A DNA stretch of 63,572 nucleotides, filler included. It is 9 parts of 9 records of this genome, joined end to end, with 100 filler letters (N's around TTAATTAATTAA, not from the genome) between each part and the next. Parts side by side here need not be neighbours in the genome. Positions count along the whole stretch, not along the records: positions 19,761 to 35,615 come from SRR31156797_96574; positions 35,716 to 40,914 come from SRR31156797_96629; positions 41,015 to 46,646 come from SRR31156797_96665; 6 more parts are not named here. The stretch is one strand, 5' to 3'. Numbering within the stretch: position 1 is the stretch's first letter; each line of letters begins with the position of its first letter. Positions 29,517-41,016 of this stretch are shown here, one piece after another. Below the pieces are notes generated by a model that saw nothing but the letters and a program-made list of their open reading frames with translations, did not search any database and was not told where the DNA came from. Made by a program: the position numbers and the translations under genes.

Positions 29517-31292
29517 TTACTTAACGGGCAGCCGGATTGTAAAAGTGCTCCCCTTCCCGAGGGTGCTGTCAACGGAGATATGGCCGCCATGTGCCTGAAC
29601 GATATGTTTGACAATGGCCAGCCCCAGACCGGTCCCTCCCAATTGTCGGCTTCGTGCCTTATCCACGCGATAGAAGCGCTCGAAGAGACGGGGAAGGTGT
29701 TCCTTGCCGATACCGCATCCCCGGTCCTGAACGGCAATGACCACGAAACCTTTCTCTCCTGTGGCCCGTAGACGGACGGTTCCACCCGCTTCACTGTATT
29801 TAACGGCATTATCGAGAAGGTTCACCACGGCCTGTTCCAGCAGGGTGGGGTCAACCCTGGCCTTAAAGGAATCGGCACAGGAAATGTGTATTTTTATGGC
29901 CTTGTCGGCGACGGCCACATGACAGACCTGTAGGGCGTTCTGAAAGATTTCACTCATTCGGGTTTCAACCAGCAAAATGCCCTCCTTTTCCGACCCCTGC
30001 TCAATTTTAGACAGGTTGAGAAGATCCTCGATGATCGCTTCAAGACGATCCACGTGCTTTTCAATGATGCCCAAAAAGCGCTCGGCATCTTCAGGGTTTT
30101 TTACGGCCCCGTCACGGAGGGTTTCAACAAAACCCTTGATGGCGGTAATGGGGGTCTTTATTTCATGTGAGACGTTGGAGACGAAATCACGCCGAATGTT
30201 TTCCAGTTTGCGAAGACGTGTGACATCATTTAAGACGATGAGGGCGCCGATCTGTTTTCCGCCTTCATCCCGAAGTATGGTGCCATGCCCGTTCAGGAGC
30301 CCCTCGCCATTGGAGGCAATGGGGATATCCTTTTCGATGGAGTCCCGGGCCAGCAGGGTCTCCTCCACGAACCTGTGTAATGCGGTGTTCCGGACCACTT
30401 CCCGGAGGTCCCTGCCCCGGGCCGTATGCGGGTCACATTTCAAGATCTCCGCCGCCGCCCGGTTCATGCCGAGAACATGTTCCGCCATGTCAAAGGCGAT
30501 GACCCCTTCGGTCATGCTCGAAAATACCGCTTTCATTTCATTCCGCTGGCGGCTCATCTGCTCTATGCGCCTGCGAAGTTCCTCCGCCATCCGGCTCAAT
30601 GATTCAGCAAGGCCCTCGATCTCTTCGGCGGAATGCACCGACGGTTTGGGCTGGAAATCCCCCCCTGCAACGGACTCGGCCCACTTCCTGATCTGCCCGA
30701 TGGGACGGGTGATACGGCGTGATACCAAAAGACCGAGAATTACGGAAAAGAGCGCCATCACCAAACCGGCGAGCAGGACCTTAACCTGAATTGATTTCAG
30801 GGCATTGTCGATGGCGCTGATGGGGATGGAGGCCCTGACCAGGGCAATGGTGCGGGTCCCTTTCCGGATGGGAACGGCCACGTACAGGAAGTCCTTGTTG
30901 AGGGTAATGCTATGTCTCAGGGAGGCGCCGCGGTTGTTTTTCAGGGCATCCAGGAACTCGGGACGATCCGCGTGGTTGTCCATGGTGGCCGGGTCTTCAT
31001 GGGAATCGCCCGCCACCAGACCGGAGGGGCGTATGACGGTGAAGCGGGTTGCGGAACGTTTACCGGCGTTCTTTGCCAGCAGGTCTATGGCCTTCCCATC
31101 CAAAGGATCCATGTGTTTTGAGATCTGCTCTTCAAAAAGGCGCGCGCGCGCTTCAAGATGGGAGGTGGTCTGGTCAATGTAAAATTGCCTTATGGCGCTG
31201 GAAGCATACCAGGCCACGGCCACAAGAGAGATAAGGGTTATCAGTAGATAGGAAGGGAAAAGCTGCCAAAATAATCTCTTTTTCACCGCCAT
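29517..31292 (-). CDS. phoR: PhoR-like sensor histidine kinase (HAMP-PAS-HisKA-HATPase)
   Basis: MDNHADRPE, RRDFVSNVSHEIKTP, NLLDNAVKYS, FERFYRVDKARSR..GGTGLGLAIVKH. Confidence 0.85.
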   Translation of the reverse strand: MAVKKRLFWQLFPSYLLITLISLVAVAWYASSAIRQFYIDQTTSHLEARARLFEEQISKHMDPLDGKAIDLLAKNAGKRSATRFTVIRPSGLVAGDSHEDPATMDNHADRPEFLDALKNNRGASLRHSITLNKDFLYVAVPIRKGTRTIALVRASIPISAIDNALKSIQVKVLLAGLVMALFSVILGLLVSRRITRPIGQIRKWAESVAGGDFQPKPSVHSAEEIEGLAESLSRMAEELRRRIEQMSRQRNEMKAVFSSMTEGVIAFDMAEHVLGMNRAAAEILKCDPHTARGRDLREVVRNTALHRFVEETLLARDSIEKDIPIASNGEGLLNGHGTILRDEGGKQIGALIVLNDVTRLRKLENIRRDFVSNVSHEIKTPITAIKGFVETLRDGAVKNPEDAERFLGIIEKHVDRLEAIIEDLLNLSKIEQGSEKEGILLVETRMSEIFQNALQVCHVAVADKAIKIHISCADSFKARVDPTLLEQAVVNLLDNAVKYSEAGGTVRLRATGEKGFVVIAVQDRGCGIGKEHLPRLFERFYRVDKARSRQLGGTGLGLAIVKHIVQAHGGHISVDSTLGKGSTFTIRLPVK

Positions 31293-31295
31293 GGG

Positions 31296-31985
31296 CTATT
31301 CCTCCTTGAATCGATACCCCACGCCCCGTACCGTTTCAATATATTTACCCATTGATCCCAACTTTTTCCTAAGACCCACGATTTGCACGTCCACGGAACG
31401 GTCCGTGACAAAATAGTCGTTCCCGCGAACCGCATCGACGATCTGGGAACGGGTGAACACCCACCCCGGTCTTCGAACCAGATAACTCAAGACACCGAAT
31501 TCGGTAAAGGTTAAATCCACCGGTTTGCCGTCCACCCTGACCTCGCGGCGACCCGGATGGATGAACAGATTGTGGATTTTTACCATTTCGGACCCCACCG
31601 GAGAATCCGCGGCCTTTCTTCGAAGGACGGCTTTTACCCTGGCTGTCAGGATTTTCGGGCTGAAAGGTTTGGTTACATAATCATCCGCACCCAACTCCAG
31701 GCCCGTTATAACGTCCGATTCCTCACCTTTGGCGGTTAACATCACGATGGGGATATTTTGTGTTTCAGGATTGTTCTTGAGGAACTTTGCAACCTCAAGG
31801 CCGTCCATGCCGGGAAGCATCAGATCGAGCACAATCAGATCCGGCCCTTGGGAACACGAAAGTTCCACGGCCTTTTCACCGGTTTCGGCGCAAATCGCCT
31901 GATATCCTTCTTTTGAGAGGTTGAATCTCACCAATTCCAGTATGTCTTCTTCGTCGTCCACCACCAGGATTCGTTCTTTCGGCAT
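31296..31985 (-). CDS. phoB: PhoB/PhoP-like OmpR-family response regulator
   Basis: ILVVDDE, LDLMLPGMDG, GADDYVTKPFSP, winged helix DRSVDV...IETVRGVGYRF. Confidence 0.82.
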   Translation of the reverse strand: MPKERILVVDDEEDILELVRFNLSKEGYQAICAETGEKAVELSCSQGPDLIVLDLMLPGMDGLEVAKFLKNNPETQNIPIVMLTAKGEESDVITGLELGADDYVTKPFSPKILTARVKAVLRRKAADSPVGSEMVKIHNLFIHPGRREVRVDGKPVDLTFTEFGVLSYLVRRPGWVFTRSQIVDAVRGNDYFVTDRSVDVQIVGLRKKLGSMGKYIETVRGVGYRFKEE

Positions 31986-32034
31986 AATCTATCTCGCATA
32001 TGAAGTGAAGTAGCCATTTAACCTAATACGGAAT

Positions 32035-32051
32035 TGTTAGCATTCTGTTAG
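32035..32051 (-). promoter_or_regulatory. Candidate Pho-box-like direct repeat upstream of phoB
   Basis: Minus strand CTAACA-GAATG-CTAACA; the 11-bp period is typical of OmpR/PhoB sites. Confidence 0.45.
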
Positions 32052-32351
32052 GTTGGTGAAAATTTCCAATGAAAGATTGGAAATCACTATCACATGTGGA
32101 ATGGGGCTGCAAATACCGTGTGGCTTTTGTTTCAAAATACCGTCAAGGAATAATGGATGGCGACTGGAATTAAATGGTGAAATTTATTGCTTGATTGAAT
32201 CCATCGACAGGTGTAGCATACAGCCCTTCCGGAAGCATAATTGACCTTGATCGGTTCCGGAGTGGTTTGTTTGTTTTAATATGGTTGGATGAACCGGGCT
32301 TGTGATTCATCCGGCGCTGATTGTTTAATTTTTAAGATAGGGAGTTTTAAA

Positions 32352-33287
32352 ATGTCAAAAGTGATACTGGTTGCGACTGAAAAGCCTTTTGCCAAAGCCG
32401 CCGTGGACCGCATGAAAGAGGTGGTTGCCAAAAATCCGGATTTTGAATTGAGACTGCTTGAAAACTATACGGATAAACAGCAATTACTGGATGCCGTGAA
32501 GGATGTGGACGGCCTCATTATCCGCAGTGACAAAGTGACCCGGGAAGTCCTGGATGCCGCCGGGAATTTGAAAGTGGTGGCACGTGGTGGTGCCGGCTAC
32601 GACAATATCGACTGTGAAGCGGCCACCGAAAAAGGCATTTGCGTCATGAATACACCGGGGCAGAACAGCAATGCGGTGTCTGAACTGGTCTTCGGCATGA
32701 TGCTCAACCTGGTTCGGCACCAGTATGTGGGGAAGCCCGGTACGGAATTGAGAGGAAAATCCATCGGTATTCATGCCTATGGCAATGCCGGCAAATGCGT
32801 GGCCCGGTTGGGAAAGGGGTTCGGTATGGACGTTTACGCCCATGACCCCTATGTGGACAAGAGCATCATGGAAGCGGACGGTGTCACGCCGGTGGATTCA
32901 AAGGAAGAACTCTATGCCACCTGTGATTTTATCAGCCTTCACATTCCGGGAAATGCCGAGACCGTCAACTCCATCAATTTCGAACTGTTGAGCAAAATGA
33001 AAGAAGGGGCGGCCCTCATCAACACGGCCCGAAAAGAGGTCATCCATGAGGAAGGCTTGAAAAAAATGTTTTCCGAAAGGCCCGATTTTTGCTACGGATC
33101 CGACCTGGCCCCGGATTGCAAGGACGAAATCTGCGCCACCTGCGGGGACCGGACATTTTTTACCGCCAAGAAGATGGGCGCCCAGACCGCCGAAGCCAAT
33201 ATTAATGCCGGCGTGGCTGCCGTCACACAGATCATCAACTTTTTCGAAAAAGGAGATGAGACCTTTCGGGTCAATAAAAAAGCCTAA
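32352..33287 (+). CDS. serA: D-3-phosphoglycerate dehydrogenase, short type without ACT domain
   Basis: ILVATEKPF, IIRSDKVT, RGGAGYDNID, NTPGQNSNAVSE, INTARKEV, KKMGAQTAEAN; GGGAG RBS before ATG 32352. Confidence 0.85.
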   Translation: MSKVILVATEKPFAKAAVDRMKEVVAKNPDFELRLLENYTDKQQLLDAVKDVDGLIIRSDKVTREVLDAAGNLKVVARGGAGYDNIDCEAATEKGICVMNTPGQNSNAVSELVFGMMLNLVRHQYVGKPGTELRGKSIGIHAYGNAGKCVARLGKGFGMDVYAHDPYVDKSIMEADGVTPVDSKEELYATCDFISLHIPGNAETVNSINFELLSKMKEGAALINTARKEVIHEEGLKKMFSERPDFCYGSDLAPDCKDEICATCGDRTFFTAKKMGAQTAEANINAGVAAVTQIINFFEKGDETFRVNKKA

Positions 33288-33305
33288 ATTTCAGATGATT
33301 GTCAG

Positions 33306-33356
33306 CCTGCGCAAGGGGCATTCACGTTCCATAGGGTTGAGAGCCCTTTGTGCAGG
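33306..33356. terminator. Long hairpin after serA
   Basis: CCTGCGCAAGGGGC...GCCCTTTGTGCAGG with G-U pairs; no U tail. Confidence 0.45.
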
Positions 33357-33433
33357 ATAATATTAAATAACAATTCCCGCCCTTTCTGGATTATTTCCCT
33401 GTTTTGAACCCTAAAATTGAATAAGGAGAGCCC

Positions 33434-35104
33434 ATGACCACATCAAATGCGTATGAAAACAAACCATGGCTGGCCCATTATGATGAAGGCGTTCCGGAAT
33501 TCGTGAATTACGAGGAAACATGCATCCCGGAATTCCTGGACCGCTCTGCTCAAAAATTTCCCGACACAATGGCGCTTCTTTTTCAGGGGTACAAAGTGAC
33601 CTACCGGGAACTCAAGGAAATGGTGGACCGTTTTGCGGTCTGTCTGGCTGATTTCGGCATCCAAAAAGGGGACAGCGTGGCCATCCTGCTTCCCAATCTC
33701 ATTCCATGTGTTGTGGGATACTATGCCATTTTGAAAATCGGGGCCACCGCCGTCATGAACAACCCCCTTTACACGGACCGGGAACTGGAGCACCAGTTCA
33801 ATGATTCAGGATCAAAATTACTGATAACCCTCGATCTTCTGGGAAACCGCATGATTGATCTGCGGCCCAAAACCGGCATCAAACAGATCATCTATACATC
33901 CATCGGCGATTATCTCCCCTTTCCCAAGAATCTCCTCTTTCCCCTGGTGGGGAAGAAGAAGGGGCTGAAGGCGGATGTGAAATCGGCTCCGGATGTGTAT
34001 CGATGGAAGGACGTCCTGGCGAGGGCCACCGGCCGGTCGCCCGAGGTTAAACTCTCCTTCGATGATACGGCCATGTACCAGTATACGGGGGGCACAACAG
34101 GGGTCAGTAAGGGTGTCATGCTGACCCACAGTAATTTGAGTAAGCAGGTGCAGCATATCAGAACCTGGTTTCCGGGCTTCAACGATGGGGAGGAAATTTT
34201 GCTGGGGGCATTGCCCTTTTTTCATGTATTCGGCCTGTCCACCGCCATGAATTTCTGCATCTATGCCGGCTGGGGGGATATCCTGATTCCCAAGCCGCAG
34301 CCGGAACCGCTCCTGGAGGCCATCAGCAAGTTCAAGCCGACCTTTGCGCCGCTGGTCCCCACCATGTTCATCGGATTGTTGAACCATCCCAAAATCGATG
34401 AGGCCGACCTCACTTCCATCAAGGGATGCTTTTCCGGAAGTGCGCCCCTGCCCGTGGAAGTGATCCGGGATTTTGAGGCCAAAACAGGGTCCACCATCGT
34501 TGAAGGGTTCGGCATGACCGAATCTTCTCCGGTGACCCACATCAATCCGTTTGTGGGTAAGCGCAAGGTGGGAAGTATCGGAGTACCCATTCCCGATACC
34601 GAATGCCGCATTGTAGATTTGAACGATGGCGGGAAGAATATGCCGGTGGGAGAATCGGGAGAGCTGCTGGTCAAGGGACCCCAGGTCATGAAGGGGTACT
34701 GGAACAAGCCGGAAGCCACGGCGGAGACTCTGACGGACGGGTGGCTTCACACCGGCGATATCGGCATGATGGACGAGGACGGTTATTTCTATATTGTGGA
34801 CCGCAAAAAGGATATGATCATATCCGGTGGGTATAATGTTTATCCCAGGGATATCGAGGAGGTCTTTTTCGAACACCCCAAGGTTCTGGAGGCCGCGGCC
34901 CTGGGCGTTCCGCACCCCAAGCGGGGAGAGCAGGTGAAGGTATTCGTGGTGTTGAAAGAGGGTGAAACGGCAACCGAGGAAGAATTCCTCACGTACTGCA
35001 AAGACAAGCTGGCGGCCTATAAGTTGCCCACCATGATTGAATTCAGGGATGACTTGCCCAAGACCAATGTGGGTAAAGTCCTGAAAAAGGATTTGAGAGA
35101 ATAA
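33434..35104 (+). CDS. fadD: Long-chain fatty acid--CoA ligase
   Basis: YTGGTTGVSKG, EGFGMTE, GWLHTGD, DRKKDMII, PKTNVGK. Confidence 0.9.
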   Translation: MTTSNAYENKPWLAHYDEGVPEFVNYEETCIPEFLDRSAQKFPDTMALLFQGYKVTYRELKEMVDRFAVCLADFGIQKGDSVAILLPNLIPCVVGYYAILKIGATAVMNNPLYTDRELEHQFNDSGSKLLITLDLLGNRMIDLRPKTGIKQIIYTSIGDYLPFPKNLLFPLVGKKKGLKADVKSAPDVYRWKDVLARATGRSPEVKLSFDDTAMYQYTGGTTGVSKGVMLTHSNLSKQVQHIRTWFPGFNDGEEILLGALPFFHVFGLSTAMNFCIYAGWGDILIPKPQPEPLLEAISKFKPTFAPLVPTMFIGLLNHPKIDEADLTSIKGCFSGSAPLPVEVIRDFEAKTGSTIVEGFGMTESSPVTHINPFVGKRKVGSIGVPIPDTECRIVDLNDGGKNMPVGESGELLVKGPQVMKGYWNKPEATAETLTDGWLHTGDIGMMDEDGYFYIVDRKKDMIISGGYNVYPRDIEEVFFEHPKVLEAAALGVPHPKRGEQVKVFVVLKEGETATEEEFLTYCKDKLAAYKLPTMIEFRDDLPKTNVGKVLKKDLRE

Positions 35105-35132
35105 CCGTTTAACCCCTCGGAGGAAGCACTGC

Positions 35133-35615
35133 GTGAACAATAAAGAGCAGTTTAAAAACCTGACTGAATGTTCCCCGTTCGGCATATCCATTTCCAATGA
35201 GGATCTGGTGATTGAATATGTGAACCCCATGTTCACCGAGATTTTCGGGTATACCCTGGAAGATATCCCCCATAAAAAAGTCTGGTTCCAGAAAGCCTAT
35301 CCCGATGAAAACTATCGGGATGAGGTGGTCCGTACCTGGAGGGCGGATTCGCAGATAGAGCGGGAAACCGGAAGGCCGGAAGCCAGGACTTTCAGGGTGC
35401 GGTGCAAGGACGGCGCTGATAAGATGATACGGTTCAGGGCCGTGGATATGGGGAGTAACCTGCAGCTTCTGACCTATGAAGACAGAACCGTTGAAATGGC
35501 AGCTGAAACCGCTCTCAAGGACAATGTAAACCAACTGGTCAAGGCCAGGCGTGAAGCCGAGGCCGCCAGTATGGCCAAGGGGCAGTTTCTGGCCAACATG
35601 AGCCATGAGATCCGA
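35133..35615 (+). CDS. PAS-domain histidine kinase, 3'-truncated
   Basis: PAS (YVNPMFTEIFGY), then H-box AKGQFLANMSHEIR. Confidence 0.88.
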
Positions 35616-35715
35616 NNNNNNNNNNNNNNNNNNNNNNNNNNNNNNNNNNNNNNNNNNNNTTAATTAATTAANNNNNNNNNNNNNNNNNNNNNNNNNNNNN
35701 NNNNNNNNNNNNNNN
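35616..35715. other. Artificial contig spacer
   Basis: N44-TTAATTAATTAA-N44. Confidence 0.99.
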
Positions 35716-35716
35716 T

Positions 35717-38700
35717 AACCGCAAAGTTTTCAGGATCCCAAAGGTGTGTTTTTTCTTTTTGGCGTTGGGGTTCTACTTTAACATTGGTGAAGTTTATACT
35801 TTTTCGTTCAACCACGTCTTGCGACACCCTTTTTATCGAGTCCTTTTCATGGCTGGTTTTTGCATGTGCCAGTGTTTCTTTTAACTCTATATCAGGATTT
35901 ACCGGATCGTATTTTGGTGTTGATGTACTGTTTGAGTAACCATAGTACATTGGAATACGAACCCCCGCTTTTTCGGGGAAGAAACGTCCCCAGTCGATTG
36001 ATGCGGTTACGTCAATCTCATTCAGGTCGTCCATTGCGCGGCTATTGATGTTTTCGTCAATACCGCCAAACCCTGCAGTATGTTTTCGTCCGGCAACTGT
36101 AACGCTTCCAAGGTCGGCAAGGCGTGCCGATACCCTTGCATTGGCAGCCCATCCTCCGTCATTGTCGAAATCAGATAAGCGTAATTCATTTGCCCAAACG
36201 ATTACTGATTTTGGTCCGGTATTAACTTGCCCTTTTTTATTTCGGATACCCATCATAAACACCTCAACATTTCCCAGGTTAGGACTACCTTTTACTTTAA
36301 CCCTGTTTTTTCCGTCGTTCCAGTCTTCATGTGTGCCTTCGTATATATCTTGAGTTGAAACATCTGATCCTTCTTCGCTTAATGCATCGTTTCTCTCCAG
36401 TTTCAGATCAGTGAACAATTCAAGTGGGATTTCCAATCGGTTTTCTTCGGGCCATACGATGTAACGATCACTTTCAATATTTCCATTATAAGTTCCATGA
36501 GGAGTTAATATTAATGGAACCTCGTATTCGTAGTAGTTGTTGTTATAGTCGGAGCCAAGGCGGATAAAGAAATGAAGTTCTTCATCCTCTAATGGGTATT
36601 CTTCAATTTCTTCAGCGTGTACTTCCAGCTCTAATGTTCCGTATCTTCTAAAGTCCATATAGAGCGATTTATAAGCAGCTTTGGCATCGCCCTGGTCCAG
36701 GTCTACAACCTTAAGTTCTATTGATTGTTCATCAAGTTGCAGTAACTGAGGATTGGATGGATCAACAACCCTTGATACCCCGGGAGGAAGGATGTAATTA
36801 ACAGGTTCGCGACTACCATTTTCTTCAATACTTACAGCCGAAAGGTCGAATTCTGTATTTGCTGCTGGGCTTGTTCCTTCTTCAATGATGTCACCGGTAT
36901 AACGTCGCCAATCAGCACGTACAAGATCCAGTGTGGCTAAACGTAAAATAGTTGAATCGGCAAATCCGTGCATAAACATACGCATGAAACGAATGGAACT
37001 AAAGTCGCTAATGTTACCAATTACCGATTCAGGATCGTTAATCGGAATTTTAAACTGATACCAATTTACTTGTTCAATCTGTCCATTTTTTAGCTCAACC
37101 GGCTCACCAAGTTTTATGTCTGAAATATAGTTGCTTCCTAATTGCAGATCTTCCTTACGTATACTTACACGGTACTGGTAATAACGTTCATATTCGTTCA
37201 GGGTATTGTCGTCGTTAATGTCTTCAATGTCGGGAAGAGTTGTTGCTGAAGTTGTATAACTTTCATCCGACATTTCTGCTGTATTGGAGTTTCCATCCGG
37301 CCCGTTATATTTTTTGTAACGTTGCAGAATGCTTACCTCATCACGGTCATATTCCGAATCACGATAGTAATTAAAGTTGTCAGATGATGGATCATTAAGA
37401 GCTTCCTGGTAAACTCTATCTTCAACTTTTAAACTCAGAGCCTCAAGGTATTCCTGGTAATGCAATTGTTCATCTTCATCATTTAAACCATCAAAACCAA
37501 TGTCTTGATACTGACGCGAATTAGAACTGTTAGAGAAAGAATTAACAATTGATTGTTTGGTTGATACACGTCCCCAGATTGTTGTGTCAACACTGGTTAA
37601 TTCTTCTGATGTGGGTAATCCGTTTTCAAAGGCTTTTCGGGAGTCTTTTAATATATCTTCCGATATTTCTCCAAGGTTAAAATATAAGTCTCCACCGCTA
37701 AGGTCTCCCAGAGTATCGTAAATAAAAGGATCCATCATCCAGAATTCGATGTACTCGATATTGGCATTTTCAAAGTCGCTGGTTTGTATCTCTCGCATTA
37801 TACCTCCCCAACGTGTTTCGGGGTCCTTTAAGGTTCCATCTCTGTTTACACCAGCTCCATAACTCGAGTTTCCTGCATCGAAGTTATAGGGACCTTTTTG
37901 ATTGGGATAAAAGGCCAGGTCAAGAACTGAAATATTTGTAGCATCTCCGGCAGCAGATTCTCTTTCGGGGAAAATCTCTTCTTCAAATACCTCCCGAACA
38001 TAGTGGTTCGATTGCTGGTCTCTATCATTTTTAATATGGTCAGGAGTTAATGAATTGTTTCGTAAAAATAGAGGATCGATATTGTACCAGGCCAGCTTTG
38101 CACGGTTAATACCATATTCAATTGTGTTACTTAAGTTAGCTTCCGGAAACAGGTCGCTTTGGTATTGTGGTGTACTGGCCAGTGCCCATGCTGTGCGGGT
38201 ACGCATATCAATTTCTGTTGTAGTTGCCTCAAAATCGTCGATATAAACTGCTCCATCAATAGATTTTGAGCTGCCGGGGATTAGCTGTGCGAATTCTGTT
38301 TCAACATCAATAGATGACATCGCATTGGTGCTGTAAAAAGGTAGCGCATTTAATGCTTTGGTCAGGAACGGTGCTTCAGTATTGTAATTGGCGTCTAATC
38401 CAAGCATTAGATTTGATGTAGGATCTTCCCCGTAATCAACTTTTTCTGTTAAAGGACGCTCATTCAGATACAACATGGTTCCCCCGATATTAAAATTGTC
38501 GGAGATGGCATAATTGGCATGTGTTCCCATCAGTGTTTTTCGCTGCATGGTAAACAGGTCTTCACTTTCGGTTGAAATCTGAATCGGAGTACCGGCTTCA
38601 AGCAAGGCTTGGTTAATAATCTTAACCCTACCAAGGGTATAGTCAACTGTATAGTCAACATTTTCGGTAAGTACCTGGCCTCCGGCAGTAACGGTTACCG

Positions 38701-40693
38701 AACCTTGCGATAGGTTTATCGATCCTACCGATATGTCGGAACTGGAAGATCCCTTATAACTACCTGTTAACGAGAATTTGTTGTGTTCAGCATCTTGCTC
38801 TGCCACAACTTTTGTTGAATCGTATAAGGATTGAAAGGTATATTGTTCAATATAGCCCGGATCAATAATCGAATCGGCCAGGTGGCTTCCAAATGGCTGC
38901 AGTACCGGGAAAATAATTTTTCCGGAAGTAGAGTTTACAGTTATCCCTTCAACGTAATCAAAAACCCCATCTTTACCCGCATCCAATTGCGAGTTAAGCA
39001 TATCCAGTCGCATTACCTCAAGAAGAACATGGCCTTCAATACGGCTTTCGGGCAGGTAATTGATATCTGTTCCTGTTGAATCATTTTGGTATACAACGTT
39101 CAATTCAAACTCATCGCTCGAAAGTTGATAAGCATTCAGGTTATAAACGTTTTTCATCATCAAATCCCAGGTTGGTTTTCCGGGAGAAAGGTTGGTGCCT
39201 TTAATCATTTTTACAAACAATACTTTTGGCGACTCTATACCATCGGTTGAGAATTCACCTACCTGAAATGTTGTACCATTGTAGGTAAAATTATAGGCAA
39301 CCCCCAATACTTCATCGGTATTTAACGACGAGCTAAGAGAAATATACCCCAATTCTTCATTGACGGTATATTCCGATGAGCTTAATTTGCGTGCTTGTTC
39401 AATTTTTTCAAAGTCTGTTCCACCGGCAAAATCATCCCCGAATTGCGACATTACGTTGGTTATATTCTCAACTTGTCGAACATCGGCGTAGGTTGTACTC
39501 ATTTGTTCGTACAAACCGTTGGCATCGTTATTTGGGAAGATACTTTTAGGGTATGGTAAACCTGGTGTGGCTTGAAAATCGGGAACATTATTGTAGATGT
39601 GGGGATCGTGCTCTGCAAGATCCTGAAAGGCCAGAATATTTCTGGATTCCGTATCACTTATTTTATTTGTTACCCAGACTTCTATTTTATTAATGCTTAT
39701 TGGAGAACGAGGTACAGCTGTACTTTTTAGCCACTCTTCGTAATGGTCGCGAAAATACTGCGATAGAAAGAAGTGCCTGTTAGCATCGTAATCTACTGCA
39801 GAAATTTCGAAAGTAGAAACTTGTGCACCTCCTTCAGTTTCAACAGTACTAGTTTCACCCCTTTGTTGCGAAAAGATGGTGGTTACATTTAATTTACCAA
39901 ATTGCATTTCGGCTTTCAGTCCAAAGAGGTTTGAAGCTCCTGTGATAAGTGAACCATTTAACGGTAGCGATACATTCCCCGCTTCAATACGTTTCAGAAT
40001 TTCATCTTCATCACCTGTATACTCGAGGCTCATTTTATTTTCGTAGTCGAATGTTGCCTCGGTATTGTAATTAACCCGCATATTCATTTTTGTACCAATC
40101 TGGCCGGTAACATTCATCTGAATTTTTTCGTCAAAGTCAAAGGTTGGTACTTTTCTTAAACGTTCAGAAATTGAAGGATTATCGGTTTTGTTTACCTGGT
40201 AACCAAAACTTACTTCCACGTACCCCTGTGGTTGGATATTAATGGTGTTTCCTCCAAAAATGCGGTTAAAGGCCTCACTTCCAATGGTGAGTTTGGGTAG
40301 CAGTCCTCCCCGTGCATCCATCGATTCCTGTTGGGTACGGGTACGCCAGTAGTTTTGTATCGATTGGTCGAAATCGTACTCCAGGTAATCGTCGAGCGAC
40401 ATACTTTGAGGTAGCCGGTAGTTTAATGTTCCAACCTTCTCGTAAAAAACATATTGCCCCAACACCGGATCGTACTCAATTTCGTATTTAATGTTGCTGG
40501 GTCTGTTAAGATATAATTTCGACGAATCCTGTTTGGAATATCCGAATGCCGGTTGATCCTTAAACGGGTAGGGAAGTGTTCCGGTAGTATCAACTTCCGG
40601 AGCCTCTTGTGTGTATCCGGTTATTGGGATTGCAAGGGCAAATATTACAATAAAATAGAAGAATATTATTGGTAAACTTCGGTTCAGTGTCAT
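35717..40693 (-). CDS. sprA: Type IX secretion system translocon SprA/Sov, 3'-truncated
   Basis: >1650 aa; FDFDEKIQMNVTGQIG, IEAGNVSLPL, WDLMMKNVY, YIDDFE, RAKLAWYNID, RWGGIMR, VWANELRL; follows ruvA. Confidence 0.93.
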
Positions 40694-40785
40694 TTCATTA
40701 AAATTACTACTTCAAAAGGTTGAATGATTGCACCAGTCTTTCATTTCGTTCAATCCTTTTTGGAAAACGGCCTTTGTTTTTCTTC

Positions 40786-40914
40786 TCACAACCTCTTTAA
40801 TGCTTGTTTTATCACGCTTTCCACCTTTGCTTCCGGTTGCTCTTCAAGTATCTTGGAAATGATCTTTTCGGCATCTCGTTTAGCAAAGCCAAGCATGACT
40901 AATGCTGATAACGA
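40786..40914 (-). CDS. ruvA: Holliday junction branch migration protein RuvA, C-terminal fragment
   Basis: Manual translation SLSALVMLGFAKRDAEKIISKILEEQPEAKVESVIKQALKRL* (domain III). Confidence 0.85.
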   Translation of the reverse strand, partial: SLSALVMLGFAKRDAEKIISKILEEQPEAKVESVIKQALKRL

Positions 40915-41014
40915 NNNNNNNNNNNNNNNNNNNNNNNNNNNNNNNNNNNNNNNNNNNNTTAATTAATTAANNNNNNNNNNNNNNNNNNNNNNNNNNNNNN
41001 NNNNNNNNNNNNNN
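40915..41014. other. Artificial contig spacer
   Basis: N44-TTAATTAATTAA-N44. Confidence 0.99.
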
Positions 41015-41016
41015 AA

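Noticed and set aside
33818..35236. Long antisense or alternative-frame ORFs (e.g. 33818..35236, 4061..5233, 28195..29295, 59924..61081)
   Set aside because: They shadow well-supported genes in high-GC3 DNA and show no recognisable motifs.
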